Source: Octopus sinensis (taxonomy: Eukaryota). From it: a stretch of 64,000 bases of DNA. The notes under the pieces are model-generated. The model was not told the DNA's origin. It searched no databases and was given only the letters and a program-made list of their open reading frames with translations. The DNA lies in the NCBI RefSeq assembly GCF_006345805.1, contig NC_043025.1, positions 10,478,001-10,542,000 of the forward strand. Direction: 5' to 3'. Below are positions 62,317 to 64,000 of this stretch, piece by piece. A program made the position numbers and the translations under genes. How positions within the stretch are numbered: position 1 is the stretch's first letter; every line of letters begins with the position of its first letter.

Positions 62317-63030
62317 CTGCAAAACAAATAATAATAATAAAAATAATGATTTCAAATTTTGGCACAAGGCTGGCAAGTTCGGGGAGCGGGGTAAATCGAT
62401 GACATCAACCCTAGTACTAAACTGGTACTTATTTTATCAACAGTGGCATAGGAGTGGCTGTGTGTTAAGTAGCTTGCTTACGAACCATATGGTTCCGTAT
62501 TCAGTCCCACTGCATGGCACCTTGGGCAAGTGTCTTCTACTATAGCCTCGGGCCGACCGAAGCCTTGTGAGTGGATTTGGTAGATGGACACTGAAAGAAG
62601 CCTGTCGTATACCCTCACCACTCCTCCTTCTTTCCTTCTCCCCCTCCTCACTCTCACCTTTCCCCTCCTCTTCTCCTCTTTCCTTTTCCCCCCTCTTCCT
62701 ATCTCCTCTCTCCCCCCTCTCTACACTACACCATACGACTTAAACATCACCCTCCCCTCTCCCCACTACACCATACGACTTTACACATCACATCATATAT
62801 ACATACACACGTCCAGACCTCTCATACGCACTACATACTCTCTGATACACACACACACACTCTTATGTTGGGGCGAGGTCATTTAACCCTGTTATCTCCC
62901 CTAATTTCGCTCTTGCGTCTCACGTTTGATCTTTGACTTCTGGCTGAAATCAGATCGCCATGTTGATTTGCTAGCCTCTGCACGCATTTTTTTTCTCTCC
63001 TTGTTTCTTTCTGTGTTTCTTTTCCGTGCA

Positions 63031-63068
63031 TCTTTCTGTTGAAGAGCGTAGGCTCGAAACGTAAAAGA
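63031..63068 (+). ncRNA. Minimal type I hammerhead with variant core CUGUUGA, in a Penelope-like 3' repeat (about 62850-63165)
   Basis: UCUUU CUGUUGA A GAGC GUAG GCUC GAAA CG UA AAAGA. 5-bp stem I, 4-bp stem II, palindromic ACGU stem III. The element ends in (TA)n. Confidence 0.7.
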
Positions 63069-63164
63069 CTTGTTTTATTTATATTCCTGAGCGCCATACT
63101 AATACAATTGTTTGTTTGTATTCCACCTGCCTTCGTCTTTTGTTTATTTTCATAAAGCTTCCCG

Positions 63165-63205
<41 letters not shown>

Positions 63206-63239
63206 TATGTGTGTATGTGTCGCTAGAAGCTAGGATCAC

Positions 63240-63480
63240 CAAGCAGAGATTGGCATATTTCGGTCATATTATGCGGAGAAAATCCCTGGAGAAGGACATC
63301 ATGATTGGAATGGTCAGTGGCAAGAGAGGAAGAGTCTGACCAAGAACCCGCTGGCTTGACACCATCAAGAGCGATACCGGAATGGACACAGCCAATCTGA
63401 AAGAAGTGGCCCAGGATAGAACTGACTGGAGGACACTGATCCAACGAGTGACCGAGAGTCGACCTCGACTGAGCGGATAG
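63240..63480 (+). mobile_element. RTE-BovB-like LINE 3' fragment (in RBM19 intron)
   Basis: FGHIMRRKSLEKDIMIGMVSGKRGRV*PRTRWLDTIKSDTG...AQDRTDWRTLIQRVTESRPRL. Confidence 0.85.
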
Positions 63481-64000
63481 AGAGAGAGATGTGTGTATGT
63501 ATATGTTTGTGCGTCTGTGTTTGTCCCCACCAACATCGCTTGACAACAGATGTTGGTGTGTTTACGTCCCCGTAACTTAGTGGTTCAGCAAAAGAGACAG
63601 ATAGAATAAGTACTAAGCTTTTGGTATGACAACACAAACATGACTAAGTGCTTCTTATTTGAAAACGTTCAAATGGCCTTCAACTTGTTTTCCTCACTTT
63701 CTTCTTTGCCATTCTTTGTTACTATTGATTCCAAGTGAAATACATGGATATCTTTATATATAAAAGTGAGGTTGTGTGCTGTCTGTCTCCTACGATTTAG
63801 ATTCCTAACTATTCCCACATTTTGCGGTGCAGTTTAACCAAAACCGGGTATCTTATAGTCGTGATTCATATCGAGCCCTTCTGGGTCTTAGCGCATGTCT
63901 ACAATGAGTCTACGATTTAAAAAAAAATTTACCATCAATTTTTCCCATTTTTAATGCATTTTTGGCATATATAAGGGAAGTAACACTCTAAAAATTTATT

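Overview
Eukaryotic, AT- and microsatellite-rich genomic DNA. The SINE and microsatellite landscape suggests an octopus genome (inference), and there is a 100-N scaffold gap at 15708-15807. Protein-coding content, assembled by hand from splice signals: the last exon of CENPJ/SAS-4 (+), a complete 3-exon PYURF/PREY (+), a 6-exon UBE2T (-; last exon less certain) and the last two exons of RBM19 (-). There are five identical intact tRNA-Ser(UGA) genes and one pseudogene. The rest is a patchwork of tRNA-derived SINEs, MITEs, non-autonomous Helitrons and LINE/mariner remnants. Most notable: (1) several type I hammerhead ribozymes in small Penelope/retrozyme-like elements sitting in or beside (TA)n tracts, including a 428-bp 1.4-mer with a long-stem-II hammerhead and a family whose core is CUGUUGA (A6U); (2) satellites visibly born from mobile elements, namely a 152-bp array of internally deleted SINEs, a 26-bp array grown inside a SINE-like element, and head+(body)n SINE multimers; (3) a 22-bp satellite in which most units carry a perfect NRF1-type palindrome. 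All long ORFs in the supplied track are repeat artefacts.
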